From: Amoebophrya sp. A120
Lineage: Eukaryota > Protista > Dinoflagellata
Direction: 5' to 3'
Assembly: GCA_905178155.1 (NCBI GenBank)
Contig: CAJINV010000002.1
Location: 5,203,709 to 5,267,708, forward strand
Length of the DNA: 64,000 nucleotides
Shown: one piece after another, positions 1-12,277 of the stretch
How the letters are laid out: every line of letters starts with the position of its first letter
How positions within the stretch are numbered: the stretch's first letter is position 1
Notes under the pieces: generated by a model
What the model saw: the letters and a program-made list of their open reading frames with translations, nothing else
Told to the model about the DNA's origin: nothing
Database searches by the model: none
Translations under genes and position numbers: made by a program

Positions 1-466
1 GGAGGTTGAGATCATAATTCAAATTCTTTGACTGCATCACAGCGGTGGGCTACTGAATTTCACAGGGTGAAAGTCAATGAAACTTACTTCATCTGTGATC
101 GATCGTGGAGAACGTGAAACTACCACCGCAATTACTGATTCCGTTCGAGGACAGGTCGACCAGCATGATGCGACAAAGCGAATGATAAGGAAGAAACAAG
201 AAAGCAAAAACCTTTTGAATGAGACATTTTGCTGCTCGTATGTGGGTGGTGTTCCTGGTCGTGTCAGCGCGTGTTCTGTCAACATATCCGGGAAAAATAC
301 TTTTGGCGATGAAGCTTGGCAGTTTATTCTTGTTCTCTTTCTATATGATTTTGATGAATTTTCTGTGCTTCGCGCTCCACTGTCCTATTTCAGGTGAGTC
401 TTGCTTGTGAATCTGAATCTGTGTCGTGGCTGTGCTTCTATGTGAATTCATACTTGAGGTGCTTCC

Positions 467-3400
467 GTGGTAAACAAACGGCCCTGGTCAAAATTTATTA
501 TTCAAAGCACAAGCAGCACCAGCACAATGACAATGACTTCGACGTCCTCCGACCAGAGGCATCATCCTCCGTCGCTTCCCCGGAAGCGTGCAGAGCCTGC
601 TGCACATGAAGACCTGACAGCAGACCACGTAGGTTTCCAAGTGCAGCGAGAACATGCGACGTCCACGCCTTCCGAGGACAAAGCACGATTAGCTCCAGGA
701 GCCACCGACAGGATCTCTCTCGAGCAGGCGAAGCTGCTGCAGGCGCTTCTCACTGCGGAGCTGTATGAAGAGTTGGTCTATCCAACGCCTCCACCGCATT
801 GGTTTCCAGAAGACAAAACGCGACCGATTGGTGACGTCGAACCATCTTCGACAGAACATCCAGCAGGTACTACAGTTTTTTCCCCGCTGACATCTTCTTC
901 GAAGGTGGAAAATAAAATGCCGCGGGGAACGAGCCACAAAGAAAAAACGCACCATCCTCATGGCGATTGGGACCACCTGGTCGAGTGGAACGAGGGGGAA
1001 AATTCGTGGCAAATCCAAAAACCCTTCCGCACCTACGCGGCCGTTGTCGGGGATTTAAACGACGTCCACAACGTGCAGATCCGCTGTTTGCTCTGCAAAA
1101 ACGCGCGGGGCAGGCCGATTTACTTCGACAAGTGGCATTTCGAGTCCGACAAACACAAAGCGCACATTGTCGATCGGGAGAGAGTGCTTGACATAGCACT
1201 GGGACTGAAATTTGGAGCAGTACAACCGAGGCTGCTGGCGGAGAGTTCTTTGCTCTCCGGCGGTAGAAGAAGTACTGCTGCGGCTTCGTCGAAGGGAAAG
1301 AAACTCTCAGCCTCGTCCTCAAAAGTATTAGGATACACGTCGGGCGGAAAAGAAAATCAATTCCTCGATTTAACCCGTCCGTTCAAATACTTTCCCCCCT
1401 TGATCATTCTGCGCAGGTGGTGCGAAAAAACCAGAACCCTCCGCCCTATGCTGCATTGCCTGCTGTGTGCGCAGTTCAAAGATTGCTTCCAGTGCGACGA
1501 GCCAGTGACGAGAAGGCTATGGCGGCTTATGTTGACGGCAAATAAGAACATGGAAGACGAAGACAGACAATCGGAGGACACAGAGCGGCTGTTGGAAACC
1601 GTCAAGCACGGGTTGAATTCGATCAACAGCTGCTGGCGGCACCGAAACGAAGTGTATTACGCTTACAGCAACGAGGCGTGGGACTCGGCACACGCGAAAA
1701 AAGCGCGGTGGAAGGTCGAGCGCATGCGAGAGTTCGTCCTACAGTCAGATCCGGTTTTCTACCGAGATGGGAAAGGATTTCCGTTTGATCAGGCGTATTT
1801 TTGGGGGGATATAATCGACGAGGACGATGAGCAGGGTCGTTCCGGGGAAGATGACTTTATTTGCATACCGGCAGTTCCACCAGCAACTCCGGGCCTTCTT
1901 GTGTCTGGAGAGACAGAGGTCAACAGTAATGCAGGAAGAACACCAAAGAATGGCTCTCCCCAAGTAGACATTGTGCCTCGAGAACAAACGGACTTGCTGA
2001 ACGGCGGTCGGGACGATGCCCTACTGCGGAAGAGCCGCGCGCGTCGGGAGGCTTCGATGACAACCGAGCAAGGGTCCTTCTCGAGTCACAAAAAAGCGCG
2101 CGAGAGGGAAATTATGAGAAAGTGCAACCTTTTGTCATGCAGGGGGCTAGTTTGTCATGCAGGGGGGTAGAAAGGATGCCCCGCTGCGAAGGTGGATGGG
2201 GGGGGTCCGGGGGGGGCTTGCCCCCCCCGGCCACATAGCTTCCTGGCCAGGTGGCCAGTTTGTCATGCAGGGGGCTAGAAAGGATGCCCCGCTGCGAAAT
2301 AGCTTCAGAAATTCCTGCCTGAGGCAGCTCTTTCTGTTGGAAAAAGACTGCCTGAGGCAGCTTTTGCTAAAGCAAAAGCTGCCTCAGGCAGCTTTTTCTA
2401 TTTGGCAAAAGCTGCCTCAGGCAGCTTTTGCTATCATATCTAGCAAAAGCTGCCTGAAGCAGCTTTTTCTATTTGGCAAAAGCTGCCTGAGCCAGCTTTT
2501 GCTATTTGAAAAAAGTGACTTCGACAGCAAAAAAAGTGAGCACGTTGATGCACGAACGCCGTACGAAAGCCGTACAAAAGCCGTACCAAAGCCGTACTTG
2601 TATCAGCCGTGCCATGCGTGTACGGAAACAAAAAAATCACTCTTGTACAGATTCCAATCTATTTTTCATCTATTGTTCATCTATTTTTCATCTATTCTTC
2701 ATCTATTTTTCATCTATTATTTATCTATTTTTCATCTATTATTTGTCTATCTCTCATGTATTCTGCATGTGTTTTTCATCAATAGACAGCCTATCGGCTG
2801 TCTATTTCTCATGTGCTTTTCGCGAATAGCTGAAAGCAATGCGCACAAGTACAAGGGCAGAGCGCAAAAGTGCTAGGATGTTAGACGGCCAAAGTGGCGA
2901 TGAAGGATTTGGAAGATAGTAGAGAAGGCAACCCGACACCAAAAAGCTGTCTGAGGCAGCTTTTTCTATCGACGGAAAGAGCCAACTTTTGTCATTTGGC
3001 AAAAGCTGTCCGGGGCCGCTCTTTCTATTGGAAAAAAGCTGCCTGTGGCAGCTTTTGCTATTTGAAAAAAGCTGCCTGAGGCAGGTTTTGCTATTGGAAA
3101 AAAGTTGCCTGGGGCAACTTTCTCCTTCCATTGGAAAAAAGCTGCCTGAGGCAGCTTTTTGGCCCATTTGGAAAAAGCTGCCCGGGCAGCTTTTCTTTTT
3201 CATCTGGAAAAAGCTCTTTTTTCAAATAGAAAAAGCTGTCTCGGGCAGCTTTTGCCAAAGAGCAAAAGCTGCCTCCTTACTCGCGCCTGGGCCTTCGCAT
3301 ACGCGAACTGATGATCGCATTGGTTCATTTCTGTGCGGAAGTGCGCGCTGTTCGTGCCTGTCCGGAAGGGCCTCGCTCTTCCGGACAGGCCTCTGGCTCT

Positions 3401-3991
3401 GCGTCTGCTATGGTATTTAGCTTCTGTCTGTCTGGTCCCCACGCAGAAAAAACAGGCCAGAGACCAAAAAGTGTCCAAAATCTAACACTTTTAGCTCAAA
3501 AGTGTTTGATTTTGCTCACTTTTTCGCCCCTTCGCCTGTTCTGGTCCGCCACGAGAATTTTGTGGAGTTGCCCCAATTGGTGACAAAAGATGGCCCGGCC
3601 CCTGGTTCTCCATGTCTGTGTGCGTCGCGTGTGTGCATGCGATGCCACTTCCGCGTAATGGCTTGAGAAATTGGACGGAATAATCGTCCCAGGGATCGCA
3701 AGCAGTCCCGCCGCGCACGGATTTCATCTGTAAGTCATCTATTTTGCGCGAAAATCTTATCGAAGTCATCTACATCCAAAAAAAGCGCGCGAGAGGGAAA
3801 GAATGAGAAAGTGCGACCTGTTGTCCAGCCGACGGAGGGGCGCGGAAAAGGCTGACCCTGGCTCCGACACAAGTGTGGATGTTGAGGAATCCGACGACAA
3901 TACTCTTTTTCCAAAGACACTACTCGCGTGTGACAATTTTGTCAGCGACGTTGAGTCGCAGAGGACCGGCTCGTTGGAGCCTGAAATGTAG
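467..3991 (+). CDS. Hypothetical protein with U1/matrin-like C2H2 zinc-finger motif, interrupted by a 1.64-kb insertion
   Basis: ORF 467..2170 contains IRCLLCK...WHFESDKHKAH and LHCLLC. Its end (KKAREREIMRKCNLLS) is repeated at 3779-3825 (…MRKCDLLS) and continues in frame to the TAG at 3991. Confidence 0.55.
2137..3778. mobile_element. Repeat-rich (foldback/satellite-like) insertion flanked by a ~47-bp direct duplication
   Basis: Direct repeat 2090-2136 / 3779-3825. The interior holds arrays of a 23-bp palindrome, GCCGTAC repeats and a TCTATTTTTCA minisatellite. Confidence 0.65.
2314..3275. repeat. Two arrays (~2314-2500, ~2940-3275) of the palindrome AAAAGCTGCCTGAGGCAGCTTTT, ~33-bp period, about 15 copies
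   Basis: Directly visible. An ~11-bp TCTATTTTTCA minisatellite lies between the arrays at ~2655-2760. Confidence 0.9.
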
Positions 3992-5903
3992 TCAACACCC
4001 GGTGGGGAAAGCAACATTTTACAGAAATCAAGTCGGCAGGGGCACGTGGAGATGCAGGGAAAAAAGTAACGCAACGCGCTCGCTCGGGGGCAAGCGCAAG
4101 CGCAAAAGAGGTCTAAGAGCAATGGAATCCCGTATTAACCAGCATAACGACATTTGACTATATACCTCCCTTCTTGCGCAGACTTTTCACGCCCCTAATG
4201 GCACTGAGACACATGTAGTTCTGAATCTGATCGATGAAGCTTTTTATTAACTGGAAGCGCGTTGGCCCTCATCTTCCTTGCAAGCACGAATGGTTCCAGG
4301 CTACTTCTTCCGAGAATGTCTTTCTCGTTTTTCGATCATGTCGGCTGGTGAGGTCTTTTATGTTTAATCGTTTGAGCTGTAAGAATAAGAAAAAGAATTA
4401 CATATGTATAAATTTTGTACCGAGGAAAATGCTATTGATGGAAGTGCTACGTCGTGCATTTCTTATCTGCGTCGCAATGCTTATGTTTATCTACACTGTT
4501 CTAGTTGGCAAGTCCACATCTGGCAATGAAGTTGATTCATCGTTGTCGTGCAGGAACATCGGCTTCATGATGTATTGTGCAAAGCCGCAAGTTGGAACTT
4601 GATTTTCGTCGGTAGAGGGAGACCGTTTATTGCTATTCTTGCTATTGCGTTCCTGAATCGGTAGCGTCGTCCTTGACCTTGTGTGATCGTCTTTCGTCGG
4701 TGCTGGAAGACTCTTCTCGGAAAACTGCTGTTCGTGTCATGATGTGTGCCGTGGACAAGTAATTGAAGTTCGACCTCGGTTGTGAGAGGAGAAAAAAATT
4801 TCGTAAATCGGTAGAGGTTGTTTCGTTCGTATCTATTATTCATGTTATTCGCTTCCCTTTTTGTGTCCGTCCTCCTTTTCCAAAAAAGTACGCATGTACT
4901 AGGGATGGTCGCCAATAAATGCAAGATCCATGGGCGTACGTCGACGCCGGATCTCTCAGGGTTTAGTGGGTTCTAGGTTTGTTTAGGGTTCTTCTTCTTC
5001 TTCTTCTATGTCGTATGTGAGCAAGTTGTCTTGCTGTATTTTTGGATCGCAGGACCCTCATATTCCCATTGATAGCAGTAGCGATGCAGAATCTTACGAG
5101 GCTCGAGCTGCGCGCGGCGACCAAGTAGATAAAAGACTACTCGACGATTGAGGTGCATTGATTTAACTGTAAGTATGGAATGGGATATTTAGCGCAACCG
5201 CAAGAAAGATAAAATGGGGGCAGCACTTCAAGGTCTATGGCCGGTCAGTCAAACAACCAGCACAAAATCAGGGGACGAGCCGGTCGAACAACTACTACAA
5301 TGGAGCGCTTCGAAATCATATGCCCGGCTCCTCGACGAAGTGAAAGTTCTCGCACCCTTGTTTCTGCATGTTTCTTGTATCTTGCTCATCTTGCGTTGCG
5401 CAGGAGGAGATCTTCGCGTGCAGGGATGGCGTCGTCGAAATTGTGTATTAAGTTGGACATAAGGTTTACGTATCTATTGGTATTTTGATTTTCTGGATTC
5501 GTGTATGGACTTGAGGCATGGGTCTGTTTCTGGATCTGGTCCGCTTGCTCTCCAGGGTGATGTCTGCTGTAATGAGAGAGGAAAGTCCGCGAATCAGCCG
5601 GGCTCGGTGCGCAATGGCAGTTTTCCTTCTTGTTTAACCGCTATTGTCCTGTGTAAAAGCTGATTTGGTGGTGCTGAAGAACTACCTTCGCTCGAGCCTA
5701 CAACGCCGTTTGCTGTACTCCTGGAAAATAAACCGCAGCTTTTTTCAAGTTTACGCCCAAAACCAAGGCAGTCAGGAGCTGGCGCTGGTGGTACCCAGCC
5801 GGAAAACGACCTCCTGAGCGGTTTTTTTCATGAAGTACAAGTATTCGAGTTTCTACTGACAGGTCGTCTATCGGATGGTAGTAAAAGATCGAAAGAGGAC
5901 GAC

Positions 5904-6446
5904 GTGCAAGCAGTTCTGAAAATGATGGTAGACAAAATGAATAAAGCGCGGCAGTCAAATTTTATAGAATACATGATGCGCTTGCTCTTCGAAGGGTTGC
6001 CGGCAGCTTTTGCAAGAATGCGCACCGTAGACAGCTTGACAGAGTTGGACGACTCTGCAGCAGAAGCACAAGCTGCCCACACTGCTCAAGCAGTGTGGAG
6101 ACTCCTGGATCGGGTAGAGAGGTTCTTGGTCCGGGTAGAAAAAGAACCACCACCCAATGGCGCAGCCACCGTCCAGGTCGTCTTGCGGCCGTTTCTGTTC
6201 GAGATTTTTCGTGGGAAGGTCGACGAAGATCACAACGAGGACGCGATGCTGACAAGGCTGGTGGCACACCGTGACATTGGATCAGACAAGATCCAGAACG
6301 CGATTGTCAAGAAGGTAGAATCTCTCGAGACAAGTCGACAAGAGCAGCGAATTGAGATTGACCCCATTTGGGCCATCCAAGCTTACGCTTCTTCAAAAGC
6401 GCTACGCAGACCGATGGCCGCTGTCAGGCTTTTAAATAGCGACTGA
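5904..6446 (+). CDS. Hypothetical protein
   Basis: 180-aa ORF with globular, helical-looking composition. No recognised motif. Confidence 0.4.
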   Translation: MQAVLKMMVDKMNKARQSNFIEYMMRLLFEGLPAAFARMRTVDSLTELDDSAAEAQAAHTAQAVWRLLDRVERFLVRVEKEPPPNGAATVQVVLRPFLFEIFRGKVDEDHNEDAMLTRLVAHRDIGSDKIQNAIVKKVESLETSRQEQRIEIDPIWAIQAYASSKALRRPMAAVRLLNSD

Positions 6447-7339
6447 CCTTGCCACTTGAATTACCTTCTTTCAGTCATTCCGTGGTAATGATTGCAGTGT
6501 ATTCGCCCAGGGAACGACTGCGACTTCAACTGCAAGAGCGGCCAACTCGGCTTGCATGCGGGAAGAGAAGGGCTTAGAGCGATTTTTTTGCCTTTCTTGC
6601 TTCCTTCCAGAGAGATTGGGCCTTCCTCTTCTGGGGCCTTTTCTTTGTGTCGCTCCAGTAGAAAACCGCTACACGACGAATCCGAACGGGGCTGGTCAGG
6701 AAGGAGGCCGGGGACGGTGTGTCTCTTGCCAAGGTCCCCTCTTGCCTCTAACAGGCTCTCTTACTTCTGATTGCCGGCTGACGCTTCCCTGTTTCGCTCC
6801 GACCCGGCCAAGGTCTCTCACACACCGTTCCACTTGTCGTGGGCACGCAGTGCTCGGCTTTCCTGGTCGGTAGCGTGTGCGCCACCTGCAGCGAATCCAG
6901 ATCATGTACAGACCCTGACGACGTGGCTGGGGTCTTTGGTTTTGGCAGTTGAGTTCGTACTTTCTGGGACCGACAGGCGCATTTTCGCCGATGCTTGGCT
7001 CACAATTTGTTTTTTTGCCATAAGGAAAAGCGCAGCACCTTCCGCTCTCATGAGGAAAAGCGCGCAGTTTGTTTTTTTGCTTTGAGTTAACCTAGAGGAA
7101 AACACAGGGCGCTTTGTCAGTTCCTGGCTTGCCTGATATTTTTTCTGTAAAACCTCCAAGCTATAGAAGAAGCTCTCACCTTGTTTTTTCGAGGCTTGCA
7201 GTTGCAAGCGAGGCCGGCGCCTCCTTTGGCCCGGTCGTACTTGTGTTTGCGAAACTGCGGTCAGCTTCTTTTGTAAGTATATTCTTGTGGGTGCGACAGC
7301 AAGTGTGGTTGTTAGCGCAAAGGCAAGACAGATCGCGAA

Positions 7340-8434
7340 TTGCAGGAGGTATTCGGCTGTGCAGCGATTTTCGTGTGTTATTGCGTGGCTAGTAAAACAC
7401 AAATGCACCTTGTGCAGGATCTTGTCCCGGGAGGCCATTTAGCTTTGCCGGATTTGTTGGCTTCGTTTTTTGTGTGCGACGATCATGGTTACGCTGAGGC
7501 TGACACCCACATGCTTGCGGTGCTGCAGAACGAGCTTTTGTGCATCACAGGATGTGAACTACTTGAAATTGCGCGGCAACATCTACATCGGCCGCCCCCG
7601 AAGGAGCAGACAGAGCACATCGGGAGCGTCGAAGACACCGCTTTGAGAATGACGACCGCGGCTCGAAGGCTCTTGTACCTCCTGAGATATAAGCAAATCG
7701 TGCACTCTGTGATCCAATACAAGCGAGGCTGTGGGGAGACTGCGATATTGGAGGACCCGTTTCTCCAAAGAGGCATTTGGGAACCCATTTGGGACGAGGA
7801 ATCCAATCGGCCCAGACTTGCTTTCCATTCGCAAGACGAGGCAAGCGTCCCGCAGTCGGTTTCCGATCGTGAGGAGCATGACATGGATTCGGCGAAGGTG
7901 GAGCTGGTGGACATTAAAGCATGGGAGTGCGAAGGACTCATAGGCGCGGCGTTCCACGGTCCTGCCCCAAGGACTAGCGGCGAGCTACAAGTGCTGCGTT
8001 ATGTTTCTATTCCCGGCCTCAATCCGCTCGAGCTGGTGGAAATTCCATCGCCACTTGCAAAAGGAGCCCATGGCGGGTCAGATGCTGCCTTCGCCACGTT
8101 CTTGCAATTGCGCGGCGAGCCTAGGGGGCTTGCGTGGTCTCCTGCTGAAGCTGCAGCGGCCGGAGGGGGGATAGATAGAGCCTTGCGGATATGCGAGGTT
8201 TGGACACTGACAGTTTCTTTACTAGCCGCAGCGCCACTGCGATGCATGCCCGACCCCGCGCTGGACGCAATGCCACGCCGCGCGGCGACGCGCATGAGAT
8301 GCGCGCGCCGGACAAGGTCCGTCAGTTTAATTTTTTCTATGCACTGCCCCCGAGCATGTGCACGAACACGAACCGACCTGATTTGCATTGCTTGTGCGCC
8401 AGATCTGTGTTGGCCATGCTTTCATACGACCTAA
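7340..8434 (+). CDS. Hypothetical protein (boundaries uncertain)
   Basis: 364-aa ORF. No recognised motif. Confidence 0.4.
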   Translation: MQEVFGCAAIFVCYCVASKTQMHLVQDLVPGGHLALPDLLASFFVCDDHGYAEADTHMLAVLQNELLCITGCELLEIARQHLHRPPPKEQTEHIGSVEDTALRMTTAARRLLYLLRYKQIVHSVIQYKRGCGETAILEDPFLQRGIWEPIWDEESNRPRLAFHSQDEASVPQSVSDREEHDMDSAKVELVDIKAWECEGLIGAAFHGPAPRTSGELQVLRYVSIPGLNPLELVEIPSPLAKGAHGGSDAAFATFLQLRGEPRGLAWSPAEAAAAGGGIDRALRICEVWTLTVSLLAAAPLRCMPDPALDAMPRRAATRMRCARRTRSVSLIFSMHCPRACARTRTDLICIACAPDLCWPCFHTT

Positions 8435-8483
8435 GTTAGCCGCGGCTTCTTGAACGCGCAATGCCACGAGGTTTTCCTTTTGC

Positions 8484-9203
8484 TTGAAGCGCGGCGACGA
8501 TGTTGGCATATGTCAGGTGTCTTTTGTTTCATACGTCGAAGCCGTGCATCCTGCCCAATGGCAATACTTGGACGGGCAGCAGCTCGGCTTCGTCTGTGTT
8601 GCCCTTGTCGTGGTCTTCGTCATGTGGCGCCTCAACGTCTGCCGGCGTTGCTGCAGACCCTCCGGGCTGACAGCCCCGGCACTCTGCGGTGGTCAGACGA
8701 AGTTTAGCAAAGCGAAGTTGGGATCCGCACGGCAGAAAAAGCAAACGACCAAGCGTTCCAAAGTCTGCCATTGCGTGAGTGGCCCTGGCTGCGCGCCCGC
8801 CACCCCAGCGGAACCCCAACAAGAAGCACAATGCAGCCGCGCCGGAGTGAGCGGAAATAAGACCGAGTCACCGTGTTCGGTGTTGGACCAAGAAGATACG
8901 GGGGAGAGAGCCCTGGAGCCGGCCGACCCGGAGCTTTCAAGAAGCGAAGCGCTGGACGAGGGCAGCCGCGAAGCGGATGCAGAGGAGGAACACTGCCTCG
9001 TGGCCGGTGTGCGGGAAGATGAAAAATTGCGAAGCCACGAATGGGAGCAGGACGAGGCGAATTTCACCCCGAATACCCTTTCTGTGTCGGACCTTGCCAC
9101 GCTCGCTGCTTTTGACGATGCGGCCGCGACCGAGAGCGAGCAGGAAGATTATGAGCAGGCTGTCTTGTTGGCGAGCAAATTAAGAAACAAGCGTAAGTGG
9201 TAA
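8484..9203 (+). CDS. Hypothetical single-pass membrane protein
   Basis: Hydrophobic LGFVCVALVVVFVMW segment followed by a basic/Cys stretch and an acidic tail. Confidence 0.4.
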   Translation: MKRGDDVGICQVSFVSYVEAVHPAQWQYLDGQQLGFVCVALVVVFVMWRLNVCRRCCRPSGLTAPALCGGQTKFSKAKLGSARQKKQTTKRSKVCHCVSGPGCAPATPAEPQQEAQCSRAGVSGNKTESPCSVLDQEDTGERALEPADPELSRSEALDEGSREADAEEEHCLVAGVREDEKLRSHEWEQDEANFTPNTLSVSDLATLAAFDDAAATESEQEDYEQAVLLASKLRNKRKW

Positions 9204-9959
9204 GACGAAGTAGAAGTGGGAGTTGGCGCCGCTGGGGGTTTGCTTGTTGGAGCGCCTAGTCCCCTTTTTTACTTCTTTCGCCAGTTTATTTGATATCGAC
9301 GAGACCGAAATCACAAAAAAGAACGATGCCGACTTGTTTGGCTTTCTACTCCAACCGGGAATCTGTGAGACAAGCAAAGAGCTGACGAAGTATCTGTGTC
9401 GTCAGTTAAGTAACGAACCAGTTCCACATCACGAACAAAATTCATTGAGGTGCCATTCCATTCTGGTGTTTTGCAAAGCCGTAAAAAAGGCGCGGCGCCA
9501 TACTTATCATGTATCAAAAGTATAAAGAACCGCTCTTGTTGTTGTTGTACCTGTTATCGCTAAAGAAAAAGTAGTAGCTATTTTTTTATATTTTGAATTA
9601 AAATTTCGCTTGTGTTTTCCCCAATTTTTTTTTTGTTTTGTTCTTTTTCCTGGGTTTAATGAGGACCTGATTATATTTATGGTTTGGCGGAGATAGCCTT
9701 GCCGACCGCTAGCAAGCGCAGATCATAGTCGGCTGCTTTTTTATCCGTTTACGGAAATGTGGGAAATGCCGGCGCACAGCTTGCGCCTTACGCTCCTCTT
9801 TTGTTGGGTGCCCCCCTTCCCTACAGGAGCGCCGTGCTGTCAGTTCAGACCAAATCCAAGACCGCGTCGGCGAATTGCAAGGAGCACCGCCCGGAAATTT
9901 TTGCTTTTCAAGCGCTGCGCTCATGTTCTTTGCACTGGATTTGGATGGAAAGGAGCGCC

Positions 9960-10038
9960 ACTCACTCTTATAGGTCTCCGAATGTCGAAGGCATAGTACT
10001 ACTATGCCTTCGACATTCGGAGACCTATAAGAGTGAGT
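9960..10038. repeat. Perfect inverted repeat, 39-bp arms with a 1-nt spacer
   Basis: ACTCACTCTTATAGGTCTCCGAATGTCGAAGGCATAGTA-C-TACTATGCCTTCGACATTCGGAGACCTATAAGAGTGAGT. Confidence 0.95.
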
Positions 10039-10091
10039 TCTCATCCACCGGATAAGATGAGTATCCGCCGGCCGGATACCGCCGGCGATGT

Positions 10092-10134
10092 GGTTGAGTT
10101 CTCATCCGGCCGGTGGCCGGATGAGAACTCAACC
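10092..10134. repeat. Perfect hairpin, 20-bp arms with a 3-nt loop
   Basis: GGTTGAGTTCTCATCCGGCC-GGT-GGCCGGATGAGAACTCAACC. Confidence 0.9.
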
Positions 10135-11023
10135 GCGAAGTTCCAGCTTTAGTTTGTTACCTCACTCTAAGCAAAAGTCATGTTACGGATCGCATTTTCG
10201 GAGGTGGTAGGCAATGTAAAATAAGTACGCGTGTAGTGACTAGTAGCGCCGCCACGCCTAATACACCACCGAAGTTGTTGTTCTCTGACCTTCACCGATG
10301 GTCGCACGCGTCAAACTGGAAATGAAATCCAGTGTTGTTGCGTGAGCTTTACAACTGTTGCTATGACTGGGAAGAGTCGTGCTAGTCCTGCTCCTGGCAT
10401 GAGTGTGTCGAATGCAACAATTTTTCTAGTAGACAAGAACGTCGCCAAATCTCTTGTTCCATCTTTCTTATGTCGAAGATCTCGCTCGGAATTTGAAGTT
10501 CTGCTTCTGCTGGTCAGATGGAGAAAGTGAAAAACTAAGATAAATAAGTAAGGCCTTTTTATTTTCACACAATGAAATTCTGCAAAATCCGCGAGCAGCT
10601 GTTTGTCGTTTTTTTGCCGGTGCGACGATGGAGCTAGTTCGTCGTTCCGGGGGGGACAAAGGACCAAGTTGAGTACTTACAATCAAGATCCGTTCCAGAT
10701 TTTTCAACAAATTTCCGAAAGCTGAAACACAAGAAGAGCTAAAATAGAAATCTCCAGCATGTCACCTTTTTTCGATTTTAGCCTGGCCGAGTTGATACGT
10801 ATTTTTCATTTTTTTGATCATCACCATCAGCAGCGAGGACCTGGGGCGTGTTGGAACCGCCCGGCCACACTACGTGATTTAAACGTAGTGAATGTGTTGT
10901 GCTCATATACATATTGATACTTTACCCCCTGCTTGTTGTAGTATGAGCTAAGGCGGTTGTAGTCAACTTTTATACATTCATAAGCCAGTCAAAGCAAAAG
11001 CTTAAGCTATCAAACGCGACAGC

Positions 11024-12277
11024 ATGTCCTCCACGGCCGGGAACACCTCGACCGGGAAAATGCGGCAGGCCCCGGCCGCGACGACGGAAGAGCAGTGGTT
11101 CGCGAGCAAGGCCAAGCGAGAGCAGGAGAAATTGGAAGAGGAGAGACGGAAGAAGGAGGAGGAGGAGAAACGGAGCGGGGTGAATCTGAAGCCCGACGTG
11201 GAAAATATTCTCGTTCATGGAGAAATCGTCACCGTCTCCACCGCGAAGAACGAAGTGGCGGTCGCAGATAACAAAGTCCACGTCAACTTTGTCGAAAACT
11301 ACCACGGGAGTTCCGCAGGTATAATTAATTCGAAGATAAGTACGACCTAGAAGAAACGCAAGCATATTTTTTATGGTTCTTTGTACAAGTGCAATTGCAT
11401 GACGGGTCGAGGACTTAATCGATTTGGCTACGTCTCATAGTCGTGTATGCAAATTTCATTTTTCGTGTCATGTGCCGGAAAGCGTGAAACTGAAAGCAAT
11501 ACGTGCGTAGACAAGAACTACAGTGATCATCTTTATTTCCATGAAACAGCCGCCGGTTCGGATTTTTTCGCGGCGTACCACAAGACGCGCCGGATGGAGA
11601 TGGACCGGATAGAGGACATGGAGAAGTCCCACACTGACAAGCAGCAAACGCTGACGTTCCAGCAGAAGCGGATAGAGAATTTCCAGAAGGACCAGGCGAA
11701 GCTGGAGAAAAACCGGAAAAAGCGCGACAAGAAGAAGCAGGCAGCGTTGCGGAAGCGGGAGCGGTGTGCGAAGGGAGGTGGGGAGAACGACGAGGACTCG
11801 GGGTCGGATGAGAACGGAAATAGAGGAGCCAACAGCGGTAATTTGACGGGAAATGTCAACCCCGCGAACACGAAATTCAGAAAGATAGACAGCACAAACA
11901 CAAGTGGAGCACAATCTTCTGCTGTTGGAACAGCATTAGAACAGAAGGACGCCTCGGGCTTTTTCCTCCCTACCGGCGGGATGATTTCGACCGGCGGTAG
12001 TAGGACTACAGGTGGTTCTAGTGCTTCTATGGGCCCGCCATCAGCAAACATAAAGTCCAAGTCCGCAGCGGTGAAGGTTCGTGATCTGGTTCCGGACAAA
12101 CCCGCCTCCGCAACGGATGATCTGGATTTTGGCGAACTGGCAGCGCAAGTAAACGCTACTAGTGCGGCATCCAAAGTGGACAGCTTCGATGAAGAAAGCG
12201 GGGGAACAAACGTGCTGACGGCCGCGGAAAGGATGAAAAAACAAAACATCTTTGTGCGCGAAGACATAGACTTCTAA
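11024..12277 (+). CDS. PRKRIP1: PRKRIP1/DUF1168-like spliceosomal protein, one GT-AG intron (11319..11549)
   Basis: The spliced product reads VENYHGSSAAAGSDFFAAYHKTRRMEMDRIEDME...KLEKNRKKRDKKK, matching the family pattern GSSAGAGSGEFHVYR..RRRE..R plus a basic coiled coil. Confidence 0.75.

Noticed and set aside
2314-3275. Regularly spaced palindromic repeats resembling a CRISPR array
   Set aside because: Spacers are ~10 bp and similar to one another, there are no cas genes, and the context is eukaryotic.
2157-3420. ORFs 2157..2876, 2989..3420 and 2802..3203 with KSCLRQL repeats
   Set aside because: Translations of the palindromic satellite, open on both strands.
11468-12267. Long minus-strand ORFs here and opposite other genes
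   Set aside because: Antisense shadows of GC-rich + strand coding sequence with no motifs.
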